A model generated the notes under the pieces. The model was given only the letters and a program-made list of their open reading frames with translations. It was not told where the DNA came from and ran no database searches. Both the position numbers and the translations under genes were made by a program. From the NCBI GenBank assembly GCA_964016885.1, contig OZ024742.1, forward strand, positions 92,628,001-92,692,000: a DNA stretch of 64,000 bases, given 5' to 3'. This DNA is from Eledone cirrhosa. Taxonomy: Eukaryota. Shown one piece after another: positions 39,458-52,152 of this stretch. Each line of letters opens with the position of its first letter. Position 1 is the first letter of the stretch.

Positions 39458-40424
39458 CTGTTGAAGAGATAAAGAGAAGGTGTGAGTGAGAGACAGAGAG
39501 AGGGGTATAGTGGTAATAAAGAAATGAGGAAAGAAAGGGGGGAGAGGCATCATAGAGAGAAAGGATGGAGGAGTGAGAGGGAAAGAAAGAGGAGAAAGGG
39601 TGGATAGAGGGATAACGAAGAGAGAGGGAGCGAGATGAAGGGAAAGAGGAAGAGATAGAAAGAGAGAGGGAGAAAGAAAAAGAAAAGAGAAAATTCATTT
39701 CTACGACAATTTTAATAAATGAAAAGCTACACAGGATTCCAAGAATAATGAAACCAACATAAACAAACAATAACATATTCAAGGCCAATGGCTTATTTAG
39801 AAAGATCTTATTTAAAGTTTCACTCTCATTATATTGTTAATTAATTAATTAATTAGCCATCTGTTGCTGTGAAAGAAACTATTTGAGAGAAACTGAGCTG
39901 GTTCCATTTAATGCTATTTAGCTATATAGGAAGAAGGAATCATGACAACATGTGCCAAAGTAGAGAGCCATGTGATCATCATTATCACCATCATCATTGC
40001 CATCAGCTGTCACCATTATTGCCATGACCACCGTCATCATTGTCACCATCCTCATCACTACCAACATCATCATCTGTTTGTCTCTACTGTCAACACAGCT
40101 TCCTCTTGTGATTTTTGATACAGTGTTAACTTCTCCTTAAAGACATCTTTCTAGGTTGGATTAAACCAATTCCAAACTAACTATCCATGGTCCATCTCTA
40201 CATCTTGTAATAACTAACATATAGAACCAAATCATGAAGCATTGTGGAGACAAAAAACCCTACTAGATATAGCAGTTAAAGTTTCTCTAAATCACACTTT
40301 AGTCTCTTAAAAAATGAAGAATATATTGGATAATGTATTTATAGAATGGACATCTATTGGTTTCTATAATGAGTGTTACAATGATTGTTTACGATAACTA
40401 TTACTCTTTTACTCAGTATTTTAT

Positions 40425-40755
40425 CAATGGTTAAAGCGGTGAGCTTGCAATCGTGAAGTTGAGAGTTCAATTTCCAGTCTGGGTGATGCACTCTGTCTTT
40501 GAACAAAACACTTTATTTCATGTTGCTCCAGTTCACTCAGCTGTAGAAATGAGTTGCGATGTCACAGGTGCCAAGCTTTATCGGCCATTGCCTTTCTCTT
40601 GGACAACATCGGTGTTGTAGAAAAGGGAGACTAGTATGCATGGGCGACTGCTGGTCTTCCACAAAAACACCTTGCCTGGACTTGTGCCTTGGAAAGAGAT
40701 CTTTCTAAGTGCAAGTCCAATGATAATTCATGACAGAAGGAGGTCTTTACCTTTT
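40425..40755 (+). mobile_element. tRNA-derived SINE family B
   Basis: tggttaaagc...gagttcaatt head, then tttgaacaaaacactttatttca core. Related heads at 12692-12825, 21198-21425 and 29235-29335. Confidence 0.7.
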
Positions 40756-40929
40756 ATCAACATCAGAGGGGAAAAATGTAAAGTAGTCCTGCTCAAGATT
40801 TGGACTCAGAATAGAAAACTATGTAACAACATTCCACAAGGTATTTTGTCCGATATACTACTAATTCTGCTATTCACTTGTTATTTTCATTTAATCCATT
40901 GTCTAAAAATCTGACAACTGTTGAATGGG

Positions 40930-41152
40930 TGAAACTTGAATGTGACTACATTGTGTAAGAGTCATTTCAGTCATTCAAAAACACACAAAAAATGTGTCAC
41001 TTTATATTTATTATTTCTTGGGGTCAAAATTTCTGTAACACTGTGGAACTGTTCACAAACAGTGTGACTATAATATATAAAGTGAAATTAACAGCTTTTG
41101 TGTGTTTTTGAAAGGCTAAAATGACTCTTATTGTATAATTGCTTTAGTTTCA
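40930..41152. repeat. Foldback/inverted repeat
   Basis: taagagtcatttcagtcattcaaaaacacacaaaa pairs with ttttgtgtgtttttgaaaggctaaaatgactctta; extends outward to tgaaac/gtttca. Confidence 0.8.
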
Positions 41153-41254
41153 ATACATGGTCTCAAATCATGCCATTGATGGGACAAGTACAACTCTGAA
41201 ATTGAATATAATTATTCAGTGAGCACACTCAGAAAGTTGAGAGATGCAACATAC

Positions 41255-41433
41255 CCAGGCTCTTCTGGTACAACAGGTGTAAGGGTCCGACATATCCTGG
41301 GAACTTGCTGTATATCAATGTCATCTTCAGGAAATTGTAAGAGATCTCGAAATGGATCTCGGTCAATAGTATCTTGATGCTGTAGCACAAAATCTTCAAA
41401 TTCAACAGGCGTTATTAATTCTCCGGGTGGCAG
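41255..41433 (-). CDS. DOCK7: DOCK7-like exon LPPGELITPVEFEDF...DPFRDLLQFPEDDI...VVPEEPG
   Basis: catcag/gtatg, 179 nt, phase 0 to 2; N-terminal DOCK-C motif RDL.FP.DD. Confidence 0.93.
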
Positions 41434-42330
41434 CTGATGGTGTGGGGGGAAAAAGACAGAAAAGAATTAGATATAATCCTAAAGAGAACATCATTAAAGA
41501 TCGACCTGAAAACAGAAAATGAAAGTTTGAAACATTATCAATAGTTTAAATAAACAAAGCAAAAAAAAAAAAAACACTACAGAGTGTCTGCCATTCCATC
41601 TTCTCAAATCCTCACCATTATTGTCATCAAATTTATATTTTACAATGTTGCATAATAATCGTATTTAAGACTATTCAACAGGATTTGTAATATAATCTGC
41701 TTGTCTCCATGCAACCCCGGCAGACAGAATGGAGAATTGTTTCTAGTCTGGAGATCCAGTAAATAATTAGTCAGTTACTTAGTACTAGGAAGATAGATTA
41801 ATCTTCTAATGTCCAACATAACCAGCTGCCTTACCTCAGTTCAATAGAAATATGATTCTATCCTCCATCAGAGGGGAATGATGTTCTTTCTTGTTTCAAA
41901 CTGATGGTTATAGTGTATAATTTAATTGATGGATCTTCTGTTGGTTTCAACAATGATCCTTTCAGTTGTTTTTCAAATGAACATCCAGCTTGTGATTTAA
42001 CATGTAAGTGGTTGAGTATTCTACAGTCACATGTACCTTTAATGTAATTCCCAAATCGAATCAGCAAGTTACATTAGGTGACAAAGCTAAACTTCTGAAT
42101 AACTGATATATGATGCATAGAGTAGCTTTTATCACTACTCCCTGCATGTGCAATCCAGACACAACATAGGAAAGGTTTGTTAGAGGATGAGACATCAGTT
42201 TTAATTTTTTCATTTGAAAAGGCATTTACTTTGAACTATTATGATGAACTAAACTGGGTAAAAAAACATTTTTTGTTTTGTTTTATTTGTCATTCATTAC
42301 CAGAATACCACCTATATATATATATATATA

Positions 42331-42526
42331 GTTGACATTGCACTCAGAGCTCCTTTGGGAGCCCCTACATGGACACACTAGAAGAGGAAGACCAAGGTTA
42401 ACGTATGTTGATGCCCTAAGGACAGACACTGGTCTGTTGGAGATGCAGGACATGGCAGCGATAATGAGGGACAGAGACCGCTGGAGAGAACTCGTCCATG
42501 GATCTCGGGAATTTTACCTGCCTTAG
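42331..42526 (+). mobile_element. RTE-like 3' terminus inserted in (TA)n
   Basis: LLWEPLHGHTRRGRPRLTYVDALRTDTGL...MRDRDRWRELV; stop codon runs directly into (AT)n, with (TA)n also on the 5' side. Confidence 0.8.
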
Positions 42527-42959
42527 ATATATATATATATATATATACATATATATATTTCTATCTGCATAGTATCGGCTTTCTGACATTTTTATCACTT
42601 ATCATATATGATGGGTTTCCACATAATTTCTGACAACCAAATTTCACTCACATGGCATTGGTCAACCCAAGGCTATAGAAGACATGTGGTTATGAAGAAA
42701 ACTCCTTAACCACAAGCCATGCCTGTGCCTATATATACATAGCTATATTATTCACATGACAAACAATGGATAACAGGGATATTAACAGGAACAAAAACAT
42801 AATACTATGCAGTTATCTTTACAGCTATTTATATCACTAGCTTTACTAACATACATGCATGGCAGTGTGGTTAGGAAGTTCACTTCAAAGCTATGAGATT
42901 TTAAATTTGATCCCGCTGCATAGCACCTTGAGCAAGTGTTTTCTACCATAAATTCAGGG

Positions 42960-44020
42960 TTAACTAAAGAATTGAGACACATTTGTAAACTGTGTGGAAC
43001 CCTGTAAGAGGAACCATTGTGAAAGAAATTTGGTAAACAATGACTGAGCGGAAGTCTGTAATATAAACTTGGTATATATGAGCTGGGTGGAAGCCTGTAG
43101 GTGAGACCAGTCATCATCATCATCATCATCATCGTTTAACGTCCCTGTTCCACGCTTGCATGGGTTTGGACGGGGGTTTTCCCACTTGAGGCAAGAGTGG
43201 TTGTCTTGCTCGCATAGGACTGTCTGGCGGGTTTTCTACAGCTGGATGCCCTTCCTAACACCAACCACATTTACAGTGTGGGACTGGGAGGTTTTTACCG
43301 TGTTGCCTACACGGCCACATTACAGCGTGGACTGTGTTTTTTGTCGATCTCATTTGTTTCGGCCTGGATGTTGTGGCACCAACATAACTTTGCATTGAAG
43401 GGGGCGGTGTGGATGGGGTGGGGGTGGTGGGACGGGGGTGTATTTTGTTAGAGATGCCTACTGACTGTAGTAGGTTTTACTTTGTATTTAGGTAAGGCGG
43501 GTCTTCTCTGTTACTGAGTACCGCCAAAGGTCTCGGTCCAGTGACATTGTCTTGGAGAGGTGTAAGTGTGTGAGGTCGGAATTTATCAGCTCGTCTCAGG
43601 TTTTCCTGGGTCTGCCTACTCCGTGGCTACCATCTATCTTTATTGCCCTGCACTTTGTTATACAGCTGTCGTCTTTCATGCGCATCACGTGACCATACCA
43701 ACGTAGCCTTCTCTCGAGTAAACAACATCTGATCCCTCTTATTTCTAATTTTTTCCTTAGTTCGTTTATGCTTTGCCGTTCACGTATATTACTATTGCAC
43801 ATCCAGCGGAGCATGCATATGAGATAAATTTGGTAGACATAAACTGTATAGAAGCCTGTAGAAGGAAGTACTGTGAGATAAATTTGGTAAACATAAACTG
43901 TATGGAAGCCTGTAGCAGAAACAATTATGATATAGATTTGGTGAATGTGAACTGTATGGAAGCCTGTAGGACGGGACTGTTGTGAGAGAAATTCAGTAGA
44001 TGGAAAATGTGGAAAGCCAT
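42960..44020 (+). repeat. About 54-bp minisatellite (SINE-tail-like unit) interrupted by an RTE copy
   Basis: gagataaatttggtagacataaactgtatggaagcctgtag-like units at 42960-43105 and 43819-44020. Confidence 0.8.
43111..43817 (-). mobile_element. 5'-truncated copy of the 2855-5284 RTE family
   Basis: Nearly identical to about 4553-5284 (MLRWMCNSNIRERQS...GRPRKT*), same 3' UTR and tail. Confidence 0.95.
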
Positions 44021-44258
44021 AGGCCTAGTATTGAATGGCAGATTTAATCTGTCACCAGGTTAAACAACACTACAGGGGCGCTTGAGTACCTTTAGCAGTC
44101 CAGCTTGATCTCTAACCTAAAGATAACTTCCTCATTTCATCCCACCAATCCCCAAGGTACTAAAAAATATCATGGGTGTTGCCTATCCTCCTCTAATAAA
44201 CCCATGAAATTAAAAAGAATTAACACAAACACAGATACACCAGTGTGAATGTTTCTAA

Positions 44259-44439
44259 ATAATTGTTTCTACTTTAGGCACAAGGCCAGCAATTATCCAG
44301 TACATTACTGGTACTTTATTTAATCGACCCCGTAAGGATGAAAGGCAAAGTTAACCTCGGCGGGATTTGAACTCAGATCATAAAGGGACGTAACTCTATG
44401 CTTCAAAGCATGGTGTCCGACTCTCTACCGATACGGCCA
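44259..44439 (-). mobile_element. SINE family A copy
   Basis: Near-identical to 63787-63970 but lacking the first about 9 nt. Confidence 0.85.
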
Positions 44440-44696
44440 AATAATGTGATTTAGTTGGAGGTTGTAACATTCAAAGCTCTACAGCAGTAAGAAACAAACT
44501 ATATATACAATAGCAGTTTGGATAACATGAATACTACTCTCTATATGTATATAAAAAACACTGAATGATGACAAGGGAAATATAAATTTAAGTTTTAGGT
44601 GTATATAGTTTTTGTGTGGATATAATATATAAATTTATGTGCATGTAAGTGATATATGTGTGTGCGTGTGTATGTTTGTGTGTGTGTGTGTATGCA

Positions 44697-44915
44697 CAAG
44701 GGTTGGCTGAAATGTCCATAGGCTGAAAAGTTGAAAGGCTGACCAAGATACTTTCATTGAATGACCAAACGAGGTTTATTTTTCAACATAGTCATTGGAA
44801 AGAAACAAGGCAGTTATCATTAAGAAGAGAAGGGTTGAAAATAATACATGTAAGATTTCATAGCTCTAGCATCACTCCTTCATAGTCAGCTTCTGAACTT
44901 TTAAACAGAGGCTCG
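44697..44915. mobile_element. Mariner-like MITE M1 copy
   Basis: Degenerate TIRs, same internal sequence. Confidence 0.75.
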
Positions 44916-45510
44916 TATGCATGTGTGTTTGTTTAAATAAAACAAGCAGAATCTCTAATAAGAAACCAGTAGAAAGTCAGATGAAAATGAGGTTTCTTAA
45001 ATCAGACAAATGTTTATTATTTAGTAAATGGCACAGAAACACAATGTATTTGTGTCTGTGTAACATCATTGTCGGTGTTTGCTTTAGCCGACACACACAT
45101 ATCATCATCATACATATTCACACATAGTATGTGTGTGTGTATATAAGTGTGTGTGTGTGTATGTACTGACAGAAGGAGACAGAAACAAGCAGAATAACAG
45201 GAAATAGGTGATAAAAGAGAAAGAGATAAATATAGGAAGCAAAAGAGAGGCAGTTGGAGAGAGAGAGAGAGAGAGAGTAGGAGAGAGAGAGAGTAGGAGA
45301 GAGAGAGTAGGAGAGAGTAGGGGAGAGAGAGTGTATAAAGTTTGTTTTCTACTAGGTTGTTTGAATGGTACTTGATGTATTATAAGTGGTGGTGTTGATG
45401 GGGAAGCAAAAACTACAACATGTATACATACATACACACCGGACATGTAGATATATCTACACACAGACACACATAAATAAATATATACATACAGAGTGTT
45501 GTATACTCAC

Positions 45511-45601
45511 AACAGCTAGGTTTATTCCACTGGTACTTTTGGGAACCTCGTTGGTGATGGCTGGTGAATGAATCTGCTTCCGAACCTCTGCTGCCCCCTG
45601 C
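45511..45601 (-). CDS. DOCK7: DOCK7-like exon (R)QGAAEVRKQ...GINLAV, equivalent to vertebrate exon 2
   Basis: ttccag acceptor, gtgagt donor, 91 nt, phase 2 to 0; AAEVRKQ motif. Confidence 0.9.
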
Positions 45602-45732
45602 CTGGAAGGGAATTGAAGAATGTTAGCACTGAGGAACTTTGAGATTTTGGATAGCATCGGGGCATGCAACAAGTGACCACCACATTTGAGCAGCTCATGC
45701 CACTTGCTGTTGTGTGGTGGGCATTAACACAC

Positions 45733-45769
<37 letters not shown>

Positions 45770-45877
45770 AAGGAAGTTGGGAAGTTGACGCAACAGGCAC
45801 TGATGTCTATATGTGTAGGTGGGAGAGAAAGAGAGAAGAACAGATAAATATAAGCAACTTATGTTATATATATACAT

Positions 45878-45910
<33 letters not shown>

Positions 45911-46500
45911 ATTGTGTATGCATGGAAAAGGGACATAAAAGGATGGATATAGATATAGACAGACAGGCAGATAGTCACCAATAAGCAATGTGTACATTTA
46001 TTGTGTGGGACAGACTAAGACTGCTACCCCACGTCCACACTCACAAAACAAAATGGTAAAATTGAAGAGATGGTCACGGAGTGAAAAGGTATGGGATGAG
46101 AAAGACAATGCTAACTGCATCTATCAGTGCAGAGGGGGTGAAAAGAGTGACAGAAACCAGTCTAGTACATTTCTGGGGGTTCATTTTTAGATCTATGCAC
46201 ATGTGAATATGTGTGCATGCATGTGTATGTGTGTGCATGGGCATGTGTATGTATGGGTATGTGTATGTATGGACATGTGTATGTCTGAATGGTTGCGTAT
46301 TACATATGCAACCCTTTCATACACACGTTCAGACCTAGAGTTAAGTTCATACATACACACACACCCTGACATGCTTACAAGCACATTCACAGATTGAGAC
46401 ATATACACACTCACCCCTACATACACACACACAAGTGAACACACCTACACACAAGTGGACACACCTACATACACACACACAAGTGGACACACACCTACAT

Positions 46501-46535
<35 letters not shown>

Positions 46536-46778
46536 CACACACATAATTGTGACATGTAATTGAAGAACAGCTGATATGTTGAGAGTAGGTGTATATATTA
46601 TATGAAGGTATGTACATGTATGTATATGTGTGTATGAGTGCATGTGGTTGAAATGTATAATAGATATGACAATGTGTGTGTGTATACTCAACCTAAATGT
46701 GAGCATATGTAAGCATATTTTAATGTATGTATGAAGATGGCTTTGTGTATGTATGTACTTGTAACTGAACATAACAGA

Positions 46779-46815
<37 letters not shown>

Positions 46816-47187
46816 GAGTATATGTGTGATCAAGTGTATGTATGCATCTATTGTGTGCATGTGTGTGTGTCTATTTCGTCTATGTGTGACTATTTTGTTT
46901 GTATGTAACTATTTTGTGTGTGTGTGTGTGTGTGTCTATTTTGTGTGTGTATGTGACTATTGTGTGTGTGTGTGTGTGTCTATTTCATGTATGTGTGACT
47001 ATTTTGTGTATGTGCACGTGTGCCTATTTCGTGTGTGTGTGTGTGTGTGTGTATGTAATTCTATGCATAAGAGTTGGCCATGTAATTGGAAGATAGTTAA
47101 CAAAATCATGAGTCACAGAAAAGATCAGTCTTAATAGTTCCTTGCTGAAATAGTAAGAAGAAACTCGTACAACAACCTCCTAACATA

Positions 47188-47564
47188 AGAGGCTTGGCTG
47201 AACAGTACATAGGCTATTAAGGAGTGATGTTAGGGCTGTGAACTCTTGCATGCATTAATTTGGCAGTATCGGTAGAGTGTCGGACACCAGGCTGTGAAGC
47301 ATAGAGTTACGTCCCTTTATGATCTGAGTTCAAATCCCGCCGAGGTTAACTTTGCCTTTCATCCTTACGGGGTCGATAAAATAAAGTACCAGTAATGTAC
47401 TGGGTAATTGCTGGCCTTGTGCCTAAAATAGAAACAATTAATTTCAACTATTCTTATTAATAACTGCATTGTTTCTTTCCAGGGACGATGTTGAAAAATA
47501 AACCTCATTTGGTCATCCCATGAGAGTATGTTGGTTAGCCTATGAACTTTTCAGCCGACCATTG
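47188..47564. mobile_element. Mariner-like MITE M1 copy interrupted by a SINE
   Basis: M1 internal sequence resumes after the SINE at 47445. Confidence 0.8.
47262..47438 (+). mobile_element. SINE family A copy nested in a mariner-like MITE
   Basis: TSD taattt at 47256-47261 and 47439-47444. Confidence 0.88.
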
Positions 47565-50448
47565 TAGATTTACATCAGTTTCAATGATGAGTGTTCTAGT
47601 TTATTCGATCAACAGAATAGCTTGTTCATGAAATTAACGTGAAATTAACAGCAAAGCATTCCACAGGCATCTGTATCTTTAACATCATTCTTAGAGATAT
47701 TCAGCTGTAGCATACATCTAGTGAAGCCTCCAGCCCACACTGTAAAGTGGTTGTGTAGGAATCACGACAAAAAGCACCGAACACACACTGTGGTTGCTGT
47801 TGGAAAGGACATCCAGCTGTGGAAACCATGCCAGAAATAGAGCAAGACACAGTCACCTGAACCAACTTGCCTCAAACGGAACAACCCGTCTAATTCATGC
47901 TGGCATGGAAAAATGGATGTTAAACAGTGATGATGATGATTGAACATGACAGTGTGTGTGGTAAGGCAAGCCCTTTACATTACAAGTACAGTTCATCTGA
48001 CAGGCTTCCAAACAATTTCTGCCAACCCAGCATCTCTTCACATGTCATGAATCAACCTGAGGCTATGTTAAATGACATGCTCAAGAGTATGCCATACAGT
48101 ACCCACAAGGCAAGGATACAATCGATTAAATTAACTACAGTATTTGGCAGCTATTTATTTTAACAAACCCTGACAAACTTTCTATTCCTAACATATAGGG
48201 ATATAACCAAATATTGTAAAATACTTCATTTGATTCAAACCACTGCTCTCTATAATAATACTAATAATGGTTTCTAATTTAGGCACAAGGCCAAGAATTT
48301 ATGGGGAGGGAGAAAGTTGATTACATCGACCCCAGTAAGTGACTGGAACTTTATTTTATCAACCCCAGAAGGGTGAAATGCAAAGCTGACCTTGGTGGTA
48401 TTTGAACTGAGAACATAAAAACTCAGAACAAATACTGCAAGAGACTTTGTCCAGCACACTACCGATACTGCCAATCCACTGATATCAAACTATCTGAAAC
48501 CACCCCTGATTTAAGGATACAAAACTTTATTTTAAAGTGTTCCATCCTTTCATCATAATTTTATGTAAAAAGAACTCGTGTTATTTTCCAAACACCAGTT
48601 TAATAATGAAAAAGTTAGTTATGTTAGTAAATCCCTTCAAATTCTTTATTATTTTCAAAATGATTTGAAAATTATAGACATTGTCTTTCATTAGAGACAT
48701 GGTAACAAAAGGGGTAAATTGGGTCCTGTAATTGACTGGTAGCTAATCTTAATGAACCCGGAAGGATGAAAAGCAGCATTTATCTCAGCAAGGTTCTAAC
48801 ATGGAATGTAAAGAGCTGGAACATATACTGCATAACAATTTATCCAATGCTGTAATATATAGACAATTTTTTTCTTTCTTTTTATAATTTGTATTGCAAG
48901 ATACTTGATGTGAAATCAAGTATTGAAATAGATATTGTTTTACTTTGAGAACCTCCCAAATTTTCTTTTAAATATATTTTTAGAGTAATTTTTTATGCAT
49001 GGTGATATGAAGCAGTTTTGTTTTAATACTTCCAGGTTCAATAAAGTATATATATGATGGGTAAGACAGGAGGATATAAAGACATTTTATTGGTTCTTTG
49101 TAATTTTAACCTTTTTGATACTCAAAGCTATAAAACAAAACCATACATTTTAAAAGTCCCTACTTATATTAAAATCTCTCGACAATTTTATATAAGAACA
49201 TTTTAAGTTATAAGTACTAGCTTAATAATGAAACAATAGTTGTATTAAATTCCTCCAAATTCTTCATTAAATCAAATACATTGTATTTCTTTATACATAC
49301 AGTAATGAAGGGGTTGAACTTTGTATGTTATATAAAATGGGGAGAATATATATATGTTCCTGTGCTAGTAGTAATATCATACAGCATCCTCTAATAACAG
49401 TACAGCACACTAAAAGAAAATTTACTTTCAATAGACATTTTAAGGCAGACCTATTTTTAAGTGTGTAGGAGCATGCATGTACACTCGCTCACACATGCAC
49501 ACACATATCTATATACTTCCATATATAAGCACACAGTTATATTTGCAAATGTGTGCAACATTAGTTTGTAAATGAAAGTGGAAATGAGTACAATACGATA
49601 TACAATGTACAGTTTATTAAAACTGAATTCTTTTTTTATACGGTGCGTGCGTGCGTGTGTGTGGTTGGCATTGGGAAGGACATCCAGCTGTAGAATCCAG
49701 GCCAAAAGTGGAATGTATGCAAGAGAGATATGACACGACAAAAAGTGCCCAGTCTAAATTGTAAAGTGGTCATGTTGGTGACATGATAAAAAGCACCCAG
49801 TCCACACAGTAAATGTGGTTGGTGTTATGAAGGGCATCCAGTTGTAGAAACCAAGCTAGAAACAGTTCTGTATGAGCAAGTCATGGCCATCTGATCTGAC
49901 TTGTCTCACAATGGGACAACTCGTCTAACCCATGCTAGCATAGAAAAATAGATGTAAAACAGTCATGATGATAATACGCACACACACACACACACACACA
50001 TATACGAGACACGGTCATCTGACCAATCTTGCCTCGAATGGGACAATTCGCGTCTAATCCATGCTAGCATGGAAGACAGACGTTAAATGATGATAATGAT
50101 GATATATATACACACACACATATATATACACACAAATACATATATATACACACACATATATACATACACACACACACATATATATATATACACACACACA
50201 CATATCTACACACATACATACAAATACACACACACATTCACATATATATATATATATACACGCACACATATCTACACCCACGCTGCATTTCCCTATGCAT
50301 TGAGTACTCCCATGATTAGTAGTCCCCTCAGTCTCAGCACCGCATACTCACTCTCTCTCTCTCTGTATATATATATATATATACTAGCGTATATATATAT
50401 ACTAGCTGTGTATATACATATATATATGCTTGCGTGGAAGATGGATGT

Positions 50449-50499
<51 letters not shown>

Positions 50500-50502
<3 letters not shown>

Positions 50503-50665
50503 TCATTTTTATGACCGTTTTTCCACACTTGCATGGGTTGGACGGGTCCTTCTCAGCACACCATCTATCCACTTGCCACGTTCCTTCATCATCATCTGTG
50601 AGTCTCAGCGATTTGAGGTCAGTTCCCACCACCTCTGCCCAAGTCTTTCTTAGTCTATCTCTAAA
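50500..50665 (-). mobile_element. RTE 3' end fragment (short-UTR type)
   Basis: Minus strand aagaaagacttgggcagag...gacccgtccaacccatgcaagtgtggaaaaacgg...atgatga next to (TA)n. Confidence 0.7.
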
Positions 50666-50764
50666 TTGAAACTAAGCCATAGATTAATATGTAAAATAAG
50701 TAACATGTAAAACTAACTGAAAAAAAGCAACAAAAGCCCCCAAAATATGGAAAGAGTGATGAGA

Positions 50765-50795
<31 letters not shown>

Positions 50796-51133
50796 GAGAA
50801 AGTGAGAGAGAGGAAGGGAGTACAGCTGGTGATTATATTCAAAGCAGATATATATAATAAATACAGTAAAAGGTTTCTTTAAAGTGGGGAGAATGAGTCA
50901 TTCAGTTTCATATGTAGAAATGGTAAGAGAGAAGTGAAAGGTTGAAAAGAAGAAGGGAACATACAGATGAAATGTTAGAATTCTGAAGTTATTCTGACTT
51001 TATTTTTATTGAAATGTAATACAGAGATTACAGGAAATAAATTATTTATATGTAAAATATGTGTGTATATATATAGGAAAAGAGTCAGGACCCCGACAGC
51101 TGAGCTCCGGCCTTTTCGACAGCTAGATCTAAA

Positions 51134-51165
<32 letters not shown>

Positions 51166-51299
51166 AACACACATATATATATATACACACACACACACAC
51201 ACGTGCATACATATATGTATACTCATTGCTAGCAGGGAAAGTGGACATGAAAACGACAATGATGTCGATGATATGGACATATATACAAAGTTAATTTGA

Positions 51300-51332
<33 letters not shown>

Positions 51333-51371
51333 CAAGGACGATTTGTTAAGCCTTCATTATGTTTATTGATT

Positions 51372-51456
51372 GGTGACACACGTTTCGCTATTGATCAGCT
51401 CAAGGTTCAATCTCTATTGATCTGGCCCGACTCTGGAATCAAAAGCTCATCGGACC
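51372..51456 (-). ncRNA. Type I hammerhead-ribozyme-like motif (CCGAUGA core variant), probable Penelope-like element remnant
   Basis: Minus strand GGT-CCGATGA-GCTTTTGAT...ATCAATAGC-GAAAC-GTGT-GTC-ACC, followed by AATAAA, in an island of about 150 bp between microsatellites. Confidence 0.55.
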
Positions 51457-51478
51457 TCTGTTGTAGTAATGGCAGAAT

Positions 51479-51525
<47 letters not shown>

Positions 51526-51558
<33 letters not shown>

Positions 51559-52152
51559 CCGTTTTACGTCCGTTCTTCCACGCTAGCATGGGTTAGACGG
51601 GTTGTCCTGTTGTGGGCAGTGTCTGGTCGGCTGACCATGCCTTGCTCATACAGGAACTGATCTGGCTTGATTTCTACAGCTGGATGCCCTTCCTAACACC
51701 AACCTCATTTACAGTGAGTGCTGGGTGCTTTTTCGTGGCGCCTACACGTCCACTTTACAGTGTGGGCTGGGTGCTTTTTTGCCGTGGCACCTCCACGACC
51801 ACCTTGCAGTGGGGGGTGTGGGGGCATATTGTCTATATGCTTCAGCTTGTACCCATGGGAGGTCGGGTACTCTGTATTACTGCGTGACGCCAGAAGTCAC
51901 GGTCGTGTGTCATTGCCTTTGAGAGGTGTAATTGGGTAAGGTCGGCTTTTATCACCTCATCCCAGGTCATCTTGGGTCTCCCCACTCCGCGGTTTCCATC
52001 AACTTCTAGTGCTCTGCACCTTTTTATGCAGCTGTCATCCTTCATACGCATCACATGTCCATACCAGCGCAACCATCTCTCCTGCACACAGCATTTGATT
52101 CCTCTTATGCTCAGTCTCTCTCTCAATTCATTTATGCTTTGTCGTTCACGTA
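51526..52152 (-). mobile_element. 5'-truncated RTE copy (related long-UTR subfamily) in (TA)n
   Basis: RERLSIRGIKCCVQERWLRWYGHVMRMKDD...GRPKMTWDE, long 3' UTR, (GAT)n tail, (TA)n on both flanks. Confidence 0.92.

Larger units (their letters stand above)
1442..45601 (-). other. DOCK7: Spliced DOCK-C family (DOCK6/7/8-like) Rho GEF gene, partial: 25 coding exons, first exon and 3' part not seen
   Basis: Manually joined exons give one open frame of 3178 nt with DOCK7-like motifs [63 protein letters not shown]. Every intron is GT-AG with matching phases. Confidence 0.96.
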
